Part shown: in pieces, positions 10,601-20,300 of the stretch | How positions within the stretch are numbered: the first letter of the stretch is position 1 | How the letters are laid out: every line of letters begins with the position of its first letter | From: an uncultured archaeon | Lineage (GTDB): Archaea > Thermoplasmatota > Penumbrarchaeia > JASLWR01 | Direction of reading: 5' to 3' | Length of the DNA stretch: 48,052 nt | NCBI GenBank assembly: GCA_964342815.1 | Contig: CAYFHS010000031.1 | Coordinates: 1-48,052 of the forward strand | Made by a program: the position numbers and the translations under genes | Notes under the pieces: generated by a model | What the model was told of the DNA's origin: nothing | What the model saw: only the letters and a program-made list of their open reading frames with translations | Database searches by the model: none

Positions 10601-10933
10601 GTCCGCGGTAGTCCACGAGCTTTCGCTATAATATGCATATTTTGGATATCTATTATGTAAGTCCCGATAACCGATATGCGGTCTGTCTGAGGAATCAATA
10701 CCTATTGATGAGTAGCTGCCCACGTCCCCCAGATGATCCACTGTTTGAATGTGCCATTTACCCCCTCTAACCCCATTTATATCAAAGAAGATTTCATTCT
10801 TCATAGATACTATCTGACCTTTTGATAAATTGGTATTTTCGGACAATAAAAATCCGGTTGCCCAAGCGCTCAAAATAATTCCAATTACTACAGTTATCAG
10901 TAACGGGTAACGCATCAATTTTATCTCTGTCAT
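7655..10933 (-). CDS. Membrane-anchored surface protein: 7-repeat beta-propeller, 3 Ig-like repeats, 3 PKD domains, TM helix and Pro-rich tail
   Basis: N-terminal hydrophobic signal; seven DSxDxPH repeats; three D(N/D)xxP...TG repeats of about 97 aa; three PKD-like units with NYTW; C-terminal TM (ISLWSIILIGFIGFFVIALLIVIIM) followed by RR and a Pro/Gln tail. Confidence 0.8.
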   Translation of the reverse strand: MTEIKLMRYPLLITVVIGIILSAWATGFLLSENTNLSKGQIVSMKNEIFFDINGVRGGKWHIQTVDHLGDVGSYSSIGIDSSDRPHIGYRDLHNRYPKYAYYSESSWTTADVSQIGLGAQHMCLAMDSNDRPHLGYKEDAFVPQMMYSYHDGAKWIFTPVGFQLGHFISIAIDSNDKPHMSSYEFGGSLTYVSNIQGGNEEVEIVDQQDNVGQYTSIAMDSNDRPHISYWDLTNNNLKYAYYNGTAWLNETVDSKGNVGYYTSLKLDSNDDPHISYIDDTNKDVKYAYNHGNHWHNETVDSAENHETSLSLDSKDRPHIAYKSSGLKYAYHDGAKWNKEVVDSGREFGEYASIALDGNDNPHISYYDNNNKNLKYAVIDDIIPSVISDETPVIGTTGDPFPFSINAFDNIDVNSVNVDWAHGPLNGNLSLSKNEDQWEGTIQLGHDLRDLTYTIYLRDAVGNHNHSILNHVTVIDNDLPELVRDNSPDTGTTGDIFEFNLSVSDNIEVQSVEISWEHGETADKVSLDGNDSFWIASISLNQDLNNLSYIIRVNDTSGNSRAVMEKIIPVIDNDLPVLLEDITEDSPRTGESFNLSVAVSDSVEVTSVYVGYSFNDGIEKNESMTQDSLFIWELSIVVPIDARNISYTYYIGDAAGNLLITDSTSLSVVDTIPPYAKAGDDNTIGQHQTVTFNGSGSFDNGMIENYTWIFSYNGSDFFHYGMAVDFTFEDAGIYNVELRVADSVGNIGKDNLTISVRDISPPEAVAGKNLTIGQFDTISLDAGKSTDNVEIVNYTWEYVHNGTIYKIHDIMTIIKLEIPGNYTITLSVIDGAGLVDRDILFVTVLDLIPPLANFTIDGKYLIADNEYEIKVNGTVKFDGKISHDNVGISNYTWIIQGIGEEITMEGESTEYIFNKTGSFSITLIVKDIAGNTDQMTVSLKVVDDPDNLPDDDGPGASNKEKEAEISLWSIILIGFIGFFVIALLIVIIMRRSSKDKKPNEKSPLDNNTSINTPPITPPAPSPTRNGDLLNTAEPIPIISQSPATQQTAPQTQFDQTPLLPSDGQLTPALPLSHPEQLYIEPVAQTLELPPPPE
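10256..10561. repeat. Exact 27-bp direct repeat (10256-10282 and 10535-10561) within the propeller blades
   Basis: ATGCGGGCGGTCATTGCTATCCATGGC appears twice and encodes AMDSNDRPH on the minus strand. Confidence 0.9.
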
Positions 10934-11027
10934 ACGGTAGGTATCTGGAATATGTTAATAAATAAATTTTGGTAAGAACATGAAAATTAAGTCAAACATA
11001 AGGATTTCGCAGTGTTAAAATTTTGAT

Positions 11028-12287
11028 TTATGTTACCGCCAGAAGAATCAAAAAAATCACTACACTTAGAAAAGCTGCAGCGGGTATCGTAATGATCCAA
11101 GAAAGACCAATTTTCTTGAGAACTCTGAAATCAATGGAACCGGCTCCCTTGACGAATCCCACTCCCACCACGCCCCCTACTGCGCAATGAGAGGTGGAAA
11201 TGGGCAGACCGAGCTTGGAACATATCAGTACCGATGTAGCCGCTCCGAATGTGGCGGCGAATCCCCGTGACGGTGTAATCTTTGTTATACTCCGCCCCAT
11301 GGTTTCCATTACCTTATAACCCCACGTCGAAATTCCCAGAACAATCACAGCTCCTCCAACTATCAATATCCATAGGGGTACTGCGGAGACCGGATCATTG
11401 TAATATATCGATATCACGGCAGCAAGCGGCCCGATGGCATGAGATACGTCGCTGGCGCCGTGTGCAAAGGCGATATAACAGGAGGTAATGATCAAAAGAA
11501 ATCCGAAAATCCGCTCGACCATATCGAAGTCGGACTCACCCCTCTTCAATCTAAGATCACGTACAAGCAGTCTGCAAACAAGACCGCTGAGAACACCGAT
11601 CTCCGCTGAAACCAATAATGCTTGGGTGAAAGGTACGTTGTCGAGGCCAAGTCCCGCAAGGCCCTTGTATATTATCGAGAGGGAAAGAATGAAAAAAACC
11701 ACACCGACAAATAGCGGGGACATTCTCTTTACGGCTTTGATGACATTATCCGAATGAAGCACATATCTTTTTATTATGGCGAAGAGTATAAATGCCAGGA
11801 CCCCTCCGGCAAGGGGAGAAATAACCCAGCTGGCTGATATTTCCAGTAATTTGTAACCGTTTATTGCTGTAATATCCATCTCACCGATGAGTGAACTGAT
11901 TAACCCGAATCCTACCACACCTCCGACAATACCGTGTCCAGTGGACACTGGTAACTTGAAATAGGTGGCAATGGTCATGAAAATAGCGGTTCCCAGCAGA
12001 GCCGCGAACATGCCCGATATCACTATCATCTTCCCATTTTGTCCTGTAAATGAATCGATATCGATGATCTTGTCCTTGATGGTTGCTGTCACGTGGGACC
12101 CAACAAGTACAGCTCCTAGAAGATCGAAAATGCCGGCGATGATTATTGCCTGTTTGAGGGTTACCGCACCGCTTCCCACCGAAGTGCCCATGGCATTGGC
12201 AACATCGTTGGCACCGATGGTCCACGCCATGTACATGGCGGCGATAAATGCAAGAACCAGCAAAACAGTCAACAAAGCCAATTTCAT
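11028..12287 (-). CDS. pit: Inorganic phosphate transporter, PiT family (copy 1)
   Basis: Both PiT signatures are present: GANDVANAMG at the N-terminus and HGASDVSHA in the second half; also GLPISTSH. ATG 12287 is preferred; the ORF track starts at TTG 12299. Confidence 0.93.
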   Translation of the reverse strand: MKLALLTVLLVLAFIAAMYMAWTIGANDVANAMGTSVGSGAVTLKQAIIIAGIFDLLGAVLVGSHVTATIKDKIIDIDSFTGQNGKMIVISGMFAALLGTAIFMTIATYFKLPVSTGHGIVGGVVGFGLISSLIGEMDITAINGYKLLEISASWVISPLAGGVLAFILFAIIKRYVLHSDNVIKAVKRMSPLFVGVVFFILSLSIIYKGLAGLGLDNVPFTQALLVSAEIGVLSGLVCRLLVRDLRLKRGESDFDMVERIFGFLLIITSCYIAFAHGASDVSHAIGPLAAVISIYYNDPVSAVPLWILIVGGAVIVLGISTWGYKVMETMGRSITKITPSRGFAATFGAATSVLICSKLGLPISTSHCAVGGVVGVGFVKGAGSIDFRVLKKIGLSWIITIPAAAFLSVVIFLILLAVT

Positions 12288-12356
12288 TCCCCAGACCAAT
12301 TATTTTCTCTTCCGGGGATTAAAAGAACCACCGAAATATCCATACATAATTGTGGA

Positions 12357-12385
12357 GTATATAGAATATGTATTATATATATTTT
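12357..12385 (-). promoter_or_regulatory. TATA-containing promoter motif upstream of PiT copy 1
   Basis: Minus strand AAAATATATATAATACATATTCTATATAC; 24/29 identical to the element upstream of copy 2. Confidence 0.6.
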
Positions 12386-12492
12386 CATCCATTAATTAGT
12401 CATACTGGTTAATCCAGGACGGTTTACAGACGTGGAAAGTTATAATAAAAAGTCGTATCCCCGTAAGTACAAATTCAGATATTCCAACAAAT

Positions 12493-13764
12493 TTAAAGGG
12501 TGAGGGCCAGCAAGAGTAGGAAGATCACTACTGTAAGGAGAGCAGCCGCAGGTATCGTGATGACCCACGAAAGGCCAATTTTCTTGAGAACCCTGAAATC
12601 AATGGAGCCCGCCCCCTTGACAAATCCCACTCCCACGACCCCCCCAACAGCGCAGTGAGATGTTGATACTGGCATCCCCAATCTGGAACAGATCAACACT
12701 GAAGTAGCCGCACCAAACGTGGCCGCAAAACCTCGAGAAGGTGTAATTTTCGTAATCTTCCGGCCCATGGTCTCAATTACCTTATAGCCCCATGTGCTTA
12801 TTCCAATAATTATTGCGATTCCTCCAACGAACAGTACCCAGATAGGTATTGTAGACGAAGGATCGATTCCCACGGTGGGATTATTGTATATTGATATTAC
12901 TGCGGCAAATGGGCCTATGGCGTTGGCCACATCATTTGCCCCATGTGCAAATGCAATGTAACTGGCGGTTAGTATCAGAAGATATCCGAAAATTCTTTCA
13001 ATTAGGTCCACCTCGGTCTCTTTATCTCTCAGCTTTACCTTTTTCACAAGGAGGACTGTAATTAAAATTCCAATAAAACCAATTGCAATGCATATGGTAA
13101 AAGCAGTCAGAGGAGGAAGCTCATCTCCCAAGCCAAGGTTTTTCAGGCCCTTATAAATAATAGATAGGGCGAGAATCGTCAATACCACACCTACAAAAAT
13201 TGGTATTAATTTTTTTACGGCTAGTATGGGCTTATTGGCATGCATTATATATCGTTTCACAATGTAGAACGTGATAAAGGCAAATATTCCACCAGCAACG
13301 GGGGAAACGAGCCAGCTGATCACAATCTCCACAAGTTTCATTCCGGAGATGTCTGAGAATTCAATGAAATTCAATAATGACGAAGTGACAGCAAACCCCA
13401 CGATCCCTCCAACTATACCATGACTGGTAGACACGGGTATGCTGAAATACGTGGCAACGGTGATGAAAATGGCGGTTCCCAGTAGGGCGGCAAACATGCC
13501 GTATACGATATAGATATTATCTGAAAATGCCGATGGATCGAAGATGCCGCCCTTTATGGTAGTCGATACATGGCCCCCAACCAAAAGGGCTCCCAGAAAA
13601 TCGAAAACGCCGGCAATGATTATTGCCCTTTTCAGAGAGATCGCTCCGCTACCAACGGAGGTACCCATGGCATTGGCTACATCATTGGCACCGATGGTCC
13701 AAGCCATGTACATGGCGGCAATAAACGATAGAACAAGCAAAGCGGTTAATAGAGCCAAGATCAT
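12493..13764 (-). CDS. pit: Inorganic phosphate transporter, PiT family (copy 2)
   Basis: GANDVANAMG and HGANDVANAIG signatures; the C-terminus is near-identical to copy 1 (GAGSIDFRVLKKIGLSW). Confidence 0.93.
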   Translation of the reverse strand: MILALLTALLVLSFIAAMYMAWTIGANDVANAMGTSVGSGAISLKRAIIIAGVFDFLGALLVGGHVSTTIKGGIFDPSAFSDNIYIVYGMFAALLGTAIFITVATYFSIPVSTSHGIVGGIVGFAVTSSLLNFIEFSDISGMKLVEIVISWLVSPVAGGIFAFITFYIVKRYIMHANKPILAVKKLIPIFVGVVLTILALSIIYKGLKNLGLGDELPPLTAFTICIAIGFIGILITVLLVKKVKLRDKETEVDLIERIFGYLLILTASYIAFAHGANDVANAIGPFAAVISIYNNPTVGIDPSSTIPIWVLFVGGIAIIIGISTWGYKVIETMGRKITKITPSRGFAATFGAATSVLICSRLGMPVSTSHCAVGGVVGVGFVKGAGSIDFRVLKKIGLSWVITIPAAALLTVVIFLLLLALTL

Positions 13765-13833
13765 TCCTCAATTATCTGATCATAATTCTCTTATTCTTAT
13801 AAAAGCCGGATAATATCAATAAAGAGTTATGAG

Positions 13834-13862
13834 GTATATTATTTATGTATTATATAGATTTT
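13834..13862 (-). promoter_or_regulatory. TATA-containing promoter motif upstream of PiT copy 2
   Basis: Minus strand AAAATCTATATAATACATAAATAATATAC; matches 12357-12385 at 24/29 positions. Confidence 0.6.
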
Positions 13863-13999
13863 AAGTGATTGATTCCCAAGCAAGATATATCGATATGATA
13901 ATGAAAACACTGATTTATTTTCCAAAAAAGATGAATGACGATTAATTTGGACAAATTAGATAAATTTATATGTGATAAATGAATTTACATCAATAAGGA

Positions 14000-16639
14000 A
14001 TGGCTATGAAAACAAAATGTTCCAAATGCAACGGTCCTGTTCAAAACAGTTTCATCAATCCAAAATATTGGTGCAGAGGATGTGAGACCTACATTTGCGA
14101 AAAATGTCTCAAAAAAGGTAAGATCTGTCCGTCTTGCAAGATCAAGGCCAGTAATGATCCAAAGAGGCAAATAGGTAGTTTTTTAATCGGTTTTGCAGTA
14201 ATAATAGGATTAATAATGATGGTTTTCATGTTCAAATTCAGCAGCATGGATTCGCTTGAAAGCTACGATTTAGGAGAAACGGTTCATCTATCGGGTACTA
14301 TCGATAAAACGGACGAACCGGTCATTAATGGAAGCGGTGCACCGGGGGCGATCTCATGGACTTACAATGATGAATTTACCTTTAGAGAAGAAAGGGGTGA
14401 AATCAAGATCGTCATTACGGAAAAGACAATCATTCAACCTTATTACCTCAAACCCGAGATAGATCCCAAAACGGGAACTTATCGGTATTCATATTCGTCG
14501 GGCGAAGAACTAAAGATCAAAGCCACTATCCATGAGGATGAAAACGGAGAACGGTATTACAAAGCATCCACTATCTCCATGAATGGGATTTCATACACCA
14601 CCGATAAATTCGAATTGAATGATATCGTACGGATACGAGGCCATATTAGGTCGGATAAAACCTTTGCACTATGGGGAGCCGGACCCCCGGATAATATCTC
14701 ATGGTCCCATGATGGTATTCTAGTAATTACGGATGAGCGGGGTGAAATCGAAATTCGTTTGAGAAATACTACCAAAATCCAAACAGATGGTCTTGAGTTC
14801 CGGATCGATTCTGACACGGGATACAAAAATTATTCGATAGGAAATGATGATTTTCTTGAGGTCAAATGCCTTGTGGGGACCGATGACATTGAGGGCATTT
14901 ATCTATCTGCGTTGGTCATATCTAATTATGATCCTTCTCAGGAAGAGGACAGTGACGCATCAGGTACGGATTATCTTGAAATGATATTCTTTCCACTGCT
15001 GATTCCAACAATTTTTGCTGCAATTGGATTGGTATTTATTTACATGAATGTGAGACGAAGACGGATACATGAGAACAATTCGATCATGACAGCTGCGTTA
15101 TTATCGGGAAAGAAAACCGAGATTCCGCATTCGTCGGATTTTATCTGGAAAGTGAATAAAGCAAGATTGAAATATGCAAAATTTACTAAAATATATTTGC
15201 CAATTATCGTCGTATTTTCCACATTTTGTATCGTTTATTTTTTATATCTAAAAGACGAGAGAAGCCTATCCGGGGTTATCTTGGGGCTGCTGATAGCTTT
15301 GATTCCGGCAGCTTTGGTTTGGGGCATTATTTTCTATGCATTTTACAATACGGTACGCACCAGTCCGGTTCGGGTGGGTGTATCGAAAGATAGCATAAAA
15401 GTGGAGTATCTTGAACCCATGGGAGGTGATTCCTTCAACGGAGGACTCTGGAAAGATATGGAGAGCTTTGAGCCCATGGGCGGGGGCAGAAAGATATGGG
15501 TCACGCTGAAAAATGGAAGCAAACTGCATATCTGGGAGATCGATATGGAGTTGGGACAATTTTTAAAGGACCATTATGTAGATTTTATGAAAAAGCAGAG
15601 AGCCATAGAACTGGATAAAAGAAAAGATAAGCTGAAATCAATCGGAGGGAAAATCAAGGAAAAAATGCTTATTGATAAAAAGCTGATAAGTTCGGGAGAG
15701 GTAGAGCCAGAGCGTATTCAGTGGAAAGATATTTTTTTAGATATTAGGAGTACGGTGGCTCTTACAATTCTATTTTACATATTATTTTTGGCTTTCATAT
15801 TATTGCCCATGGGATTATTAAATGTGGGACGGGATTATTGGCCAATCGTGGCGATAATTCTTGCAGCCCCGGCCTTACTGGTTACAATTTTAATACAACG
15901 ACCCCAGTTCCGGGGATACAATAAGCTTGGTATATCCCAGGCCGGGATTCATATCGGAAGGGTTGGCAGTAGACTGGGAAATGTTCCGGATTTCATAGCA
16001 TATGAAAACGTAAAGAAGATAAATACCACAAACGGAATAGACATCTCCACAAAAGACGGTTATGATATCCAACTGGCAATGATCCCCAATAAACTGTCAG
16101 AATGGATCAATCAAGCATATCTAGATTACAAAAGCGGTGGACAAAAGCATTTTCATTCAGATCTAAGTGATTTCGGAATCCAATGGATAAATAATTCTAT
16201 AAGAGCCAAGGCAAGGAGAGCAATAATTTTAATAGGATTCGTAATTTCTTTCACTATTCTTTTAACTATATTCATTATAATTTCAAATAATTTTTACGAT
16301 GTAACCCCTGTACCATTAATAGTTTCTTTATTACTTGGTTACTTTTACTGGACATTTGTGAAGATTCCCGTGAGCCTGGGAACTACCTCTGAAGGATTAT
16401 TCGTAAAATGGTCTCCGAGGATAAAGAACAGGAAAAAAATGTTGGAAAAGATTGCATGGAAAGATGTTACTGAGATATCAGAAACAAATCCGGGATCAAC
16501 CCCAATCGGAGTGAGTCGGGCAAGGGGTTTAAATATACAAGACAATCTAGGTGTAGATTACGAGATAAACCCCATAGATGATGCTTGCGCAAATCTGGTA
16601 ATGAAAGAGTGGAATAAACAAAAAGATAGTTCTGAATAG
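14000..16639 (+). CDS. Hypothetical multi-pass membrane protein (N-terminal 4xCxxC zinc finger, two repeated extracytoplasmic beta domains, three TM-hairpin plus PH-like modules)
   Basis: 879-aa ORF with CSKC/CRGC/CEKC/CPSC, about 8 hydrophobic segments and internal repeats visible by eye. Domain names are inferred. Confidence 0.75.
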   Translation: MAMKTKCSKCNGPVQNSFINPKYWCRGCETYICEKCLKKGKICPSCKIKASNDPKRQIGSFLIGFAVIIGLIMMVFMFKFSSMDSLESYDLGETVHLSGTIDKTDEPVINGSGAPGAISWTYNDEFTFREERGEIKIVITEKTIIQPYYLKPEIDPKTGTYRYSYSSGEELKIKATIHEDENGERYYKASTISMNGISYTTDKFELNDIVRIRGHIRSDKTFALWGAGPPDNISWSHDGILVITDERGEIEIRLRNTTKIQTDGLEFRIDSDTGYKNYSIGNDDFLEVKCLVGTDDIEGIYLSALVISNYDPSQEEDSDASGTDYLEMIFFPLLIPTIFAAIGLVFIYMNVRRRRIHENNSIMTAALLSGKKTEIPHSSDFIWKVNKARLKYAKFTKIYLPIIVVFSTFCIVYFLYLKDERSLSGVILGLLIALIPAALVWGIIFYAFYNTVRTSPVRVGVSKDSIKVEYLEPMGGDSFNGGLWKDMESFEPMGGGRKIWVTLKNGSKLHIWEIDMELGQFLKDHYVDFMKKQRAIELDKRKDKLKSIGGKIKEKMLIDKKLISSGEVEPERIQWKDIFLDIRSTVALTILFYILFLAFILLPMGLLNVGRDYWPIVAIILAAPALLVTILIQRPQFRGYNKLGISQAGIHIGRVGSRLGNVPDFIAYENVKKINTTNGIDISTKDGYDIQLAMIPNKLSEWINQAYLDYKSGGQKHFHSDLSDFGIQWINNSIRAKARRAIILIGFVISFTILLTIFIIISNNFYDVTPVPLIVSLLLGYFYWTFVKIPVSLGTTSEGLFVKWSPRIKNRKKMLEKIAWKDVTEISETNPGSTPIGVSRARGLNIQDNLGVDYEINPIDDACANLVMKEWNKQKDSSE

Positions 16640-16790
16640 TAGAATTAAGGATATACATAAGGGAATTGATTTGGAAAAGAATGATGAGGAACGCCAACCG
16701 ATAGTTTTTCCGAACCATATGCATTCATATCCGATGAAAAAATGCACGAAAGAATAAATAGTTAATATAGCTATTATAGTTATTGATAAT

Positions 16791-17015
16791 ATGACATACA
16801 AAACTATAAATGTCAGCCCGAATACCTATGATCAGTTAGTACTCTACAAACACGCGGGGATGAGCTTTGATGCTGTACTCTATGAAATGATGCAAATCAT
16901 TCCCGAGGAAAAATTTTACCGACACATACTTCAAGAACATCGAAAAAGGATGAAGGAGATTAAAGCTGGAGATTTCGTAGAGTCCGACGATCTCGATGAA
17001 GCTCTGGGCCAGTGA
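16791..17015 (+). CDS. Small antitoxin-like / RHH-type DNA-binding protein
   Basis: MTYKTINVSPNTYDQL...GMSFDAVL resembles the N-terminus of archaeal antitoxin/RHH proteins. The C-terminus EIKAGDFVESDDL resembles the tails of RelB-type antitoxins. Confidence 0.6.
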   Translation: MTYKTINVSPNTYDQLVLYKHAGMSFDAVLYEMMQIIPEEKFYRHILQEHRKRMKEIKAGDFVESDDLDEALGQ

Positions 17016-17164
17016 TGAGGCGATTGACGAGGACAAAAAAGTGTTCACCTTAACAATGATTTTTACTAGTGACCGGGGCTATTTAAAAAAAAAATATTGC
17101 GCAAGAAATTCTTAATCCCCGATCCCTCTAAAAGGATAAGCCGACTACGCTTCTACCGATTGGA

Positions 17165-17187
17165 AACAAGGGGATACCACCCTTGTT
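17165..17187. terminator. Perfect 8-bp stem-loop between convergent genes
   Basis: AACAAGGG-GATACCA-CCCTTGTT; an A10 tract (T10 on the minus strand) lies at 17085-17094. Confidence 0.4.
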
Positions 17188-17306
17188 ATAATTGTCTACT
17201 AAATGAGATAGTGATTCAGATGACTCTATTACTGGTTAGTGTGGAAAATCCTCATGTATGCTGGCCTGTTGATTTCTTTTAACATTTTTCGATAGCGATT
17301 CTAAAT

Positions 17307-20300
17307 TCATATCTTTTCAACAGGAGGTGGTATTGGTAGCGGATTGAGGTTTGTATCTATTCCATCTTGAGGTTCGTTTTCCTTCGGAAAGGGTACTTCG
17401 AGGTCGGGAGTGGATAAATCACCCGCTGGTGAATCTCCGGATGGAAATTCATCGAGCTCACTTGACGGACCACTCTCCGGCAATTCTGAGTAATCGAAGG
17501 ATTCATCGAGAACCTCCGTTTCTTCTTCTGGTTCACTTATCTCTATACCGTTATCGGATTGAGTTGGTTCCCTCCCTTCAGGGATTTCTTTATCTTGTGT
17601 TCTTTCCTCAATTTGTCGATCGTTTTCCTTTTTGGCATCATCTTTTTTGTCCCGATCCGGGAGTTCACTAAAATCGTTGGGGGAAAATACAAAAGATTTT
17701 CTGAGACGTTCTCCAAACGAAATTCCATCATCTACCGTCCTTCCTTCCATCAATCTCCTCCTTTGTTTCTCATAACCCGCCTTTAGATGGCGAGACCCAA
17801 TATAATCTAAAAGCCCGTGTTCCATGGCAAGTTCGATTTGGTGGTGATACCACCTGTCCAGTTCCTTTATCGATTTTACTTCATCTAATTGTTTATCGAA
17901 CTTGATAAATCTCTTTTTCCGCAGGATTATGCCCACCATCCATATCAATAGGACACCCCCTAATATCTTAAAGAAACTCGTTACAGTAGATAATGGTATC
18001 GTTTCACTAATTAGCCATCCCTTATCGGGATCGCTATCATCAGTATCGGAGTAGTCGAAGAAGAATAAAAAAGAATCGTCCTTTTCCAGACCATCACCAT
18101 CTGCATCCTCGTCATCGTTATCACCAACACCATCACCATCTGTATCTTTCCATTCGAAAGGGTCCAAAGGGAAAGCGTCATTACTGTCTTGATAACCGTC
18201 ATCATCATCATCATCATCTTCATTCAGTGTGGTGGTTTGTAATTTTTCTGGAAGAATATTCCATATGTCTTCCTTGGTTTTATACCATGAATGAAACTTG
18301 TCCGGGAGACCGTCATCGTCCGAATCTATTGATGCTGCTGCATCCAATGGGAACGCATCGATCACATCAGGATACTCATCATTATCGTCATCGGCATCTA
18401 TGTTATCCGGGAACTTGTCCTCGTCCCAATCAGCTGGAATTGAGGTATGAACAAGCGGATCGCTTCCGTAGTTGGCCTCCATCATATCTGAATAGCCATC
18501 ATTATCATCATCAAAATCCATCCAGGACTGGGAATTTATCGTATCCCCATTTGGCAAACTGTCGTTATCGGAATCCCTTGGTCTACTGCTGTTATCCTTT
18601 GGCTCTGTCCCGAGATATATCTCCCATTCATCCAAGAAATCATCATTATCATCATCAGAGTCTCCATTATTTCCCATACCGTCGAGATCGAAATCGGACC
18701 ATTCGTTGTTATCGTTGGAAAACCAATCACCGGTTTCGTTTGATGCAGTGAAATTCATACCATCGAGGGTAATAATTTTTCCTGGATGATTATCGCCATA
18801 ACCATCACCATCCGTGTCCTCCCATTGAGTCATATCGTTCGGGAATGCATCACGATTATCACCGACAGTGTCGTTGTCAAGGTCCGACCATTCACGCGGA
18901 TCGTCCGGAAACCGGTCCCCCGTTTCAAAAGATGCAACGTATTCCACCCCTCTGATCGTAATAATTGACCCCGGTGCATTATCACCAAAACCGTCCCCAT
19001 CCGAATCCATACATTGTGTTATATCCCCAGGGAGCGCATCACCGTTATCCCCCACTGTGTCATTATCAAGGTCCGCCCATTCCCGAGGGTCGTCCGGGAA
19101 CAGGTCACCGCTGGTAACATGGAAAATTCGATCTCGTACCTTTACTGTTGTCCAAGGGAGGTTATCCCCAAAACCATCACCATCCTTGTCCGCCCACTGT
19201 GCGTCATCTGTCGGAAATAGATCGTCAAATTTATCACCATGATAGTCACCATCAAGATCCATATGCTCAAGCGGGTCCCAGGGGATATGATCCACATTGT
19301 CACCAAACCCATCATCGTCAGAATCCATCCATTCAAGTTTATCTTCCGGGAATGCATCGATCAAATCAGGATATCCGTCTCCATCGGAATCCAACATGAA
19401 ATCACCGTTACCGCTGTTGATCAGGACAGTAATTGATGAGTCGATTGTATTCAAGGTAACGATATCCGGATCATCATCTCCGTTAACATATCCAAGATTG
19501 ATGGTTTGTGGTCCCTTCCCGACAGTATAATCAATTCTCGAACCAAACAAACTGCCCCCCTCGTTTCGGAGCACGGAAACGGTATTGTCACCATGATTGC
19601 CTGTTACGATATCCAAATCATAGTCACCGTCAATATCATCTATTGCGAGAGTTAGCGGACCATCGCCGACAGCGTAGCCGATCTTGGGTCCAAATCCACC
19701 GCTCCCATTATTTTTCAGAATTGCGATGGTGTTGTCCGCTGAATTCGCTGTTACAATGTCCAGGTCACCATCAATATCAATATCACCCAAAACCACCGAT
19801 CGAGGACTATCTCCTACCGGGTAATCAAAACGATCTTCGAATCCACCGCTCCCGTTATTAATCAAAACGGAGACACTATCGAGACCCGACTCTTCCTCAT
19901 TTGCAGTTACAATATCCAGGTCTCCGTCGCCGTTCACATCACCCAGATAAACGGAATATATCGATTTGAACAACTGATAATCGGTCCGGTCATCAGCATC
20001 CTTGCCGCCGGTAGCATCTTGTGAAAAATTACCCGTTCCGTCGTTTAACAACACCGTGACCTTTCCCTCGTATTGACGTTCACCATAGTTGCCAGTCACA
20101 ATATCGGCAAAATCATCACCGGACACATCTCCCAGGCATATGCTAATGGGCCATTCACCCACCTTGCAATCGGTCCGGTCTGAAAAACCACCTGAACCGT
20201 CATTTCTAAGAACAGAAACGTAATCCTGGTTATCACCAATTCGATTTGTTGTGACCACATCCCCATGGCCATCCTCATCTATGTCGCCAAGAGCGACTCC

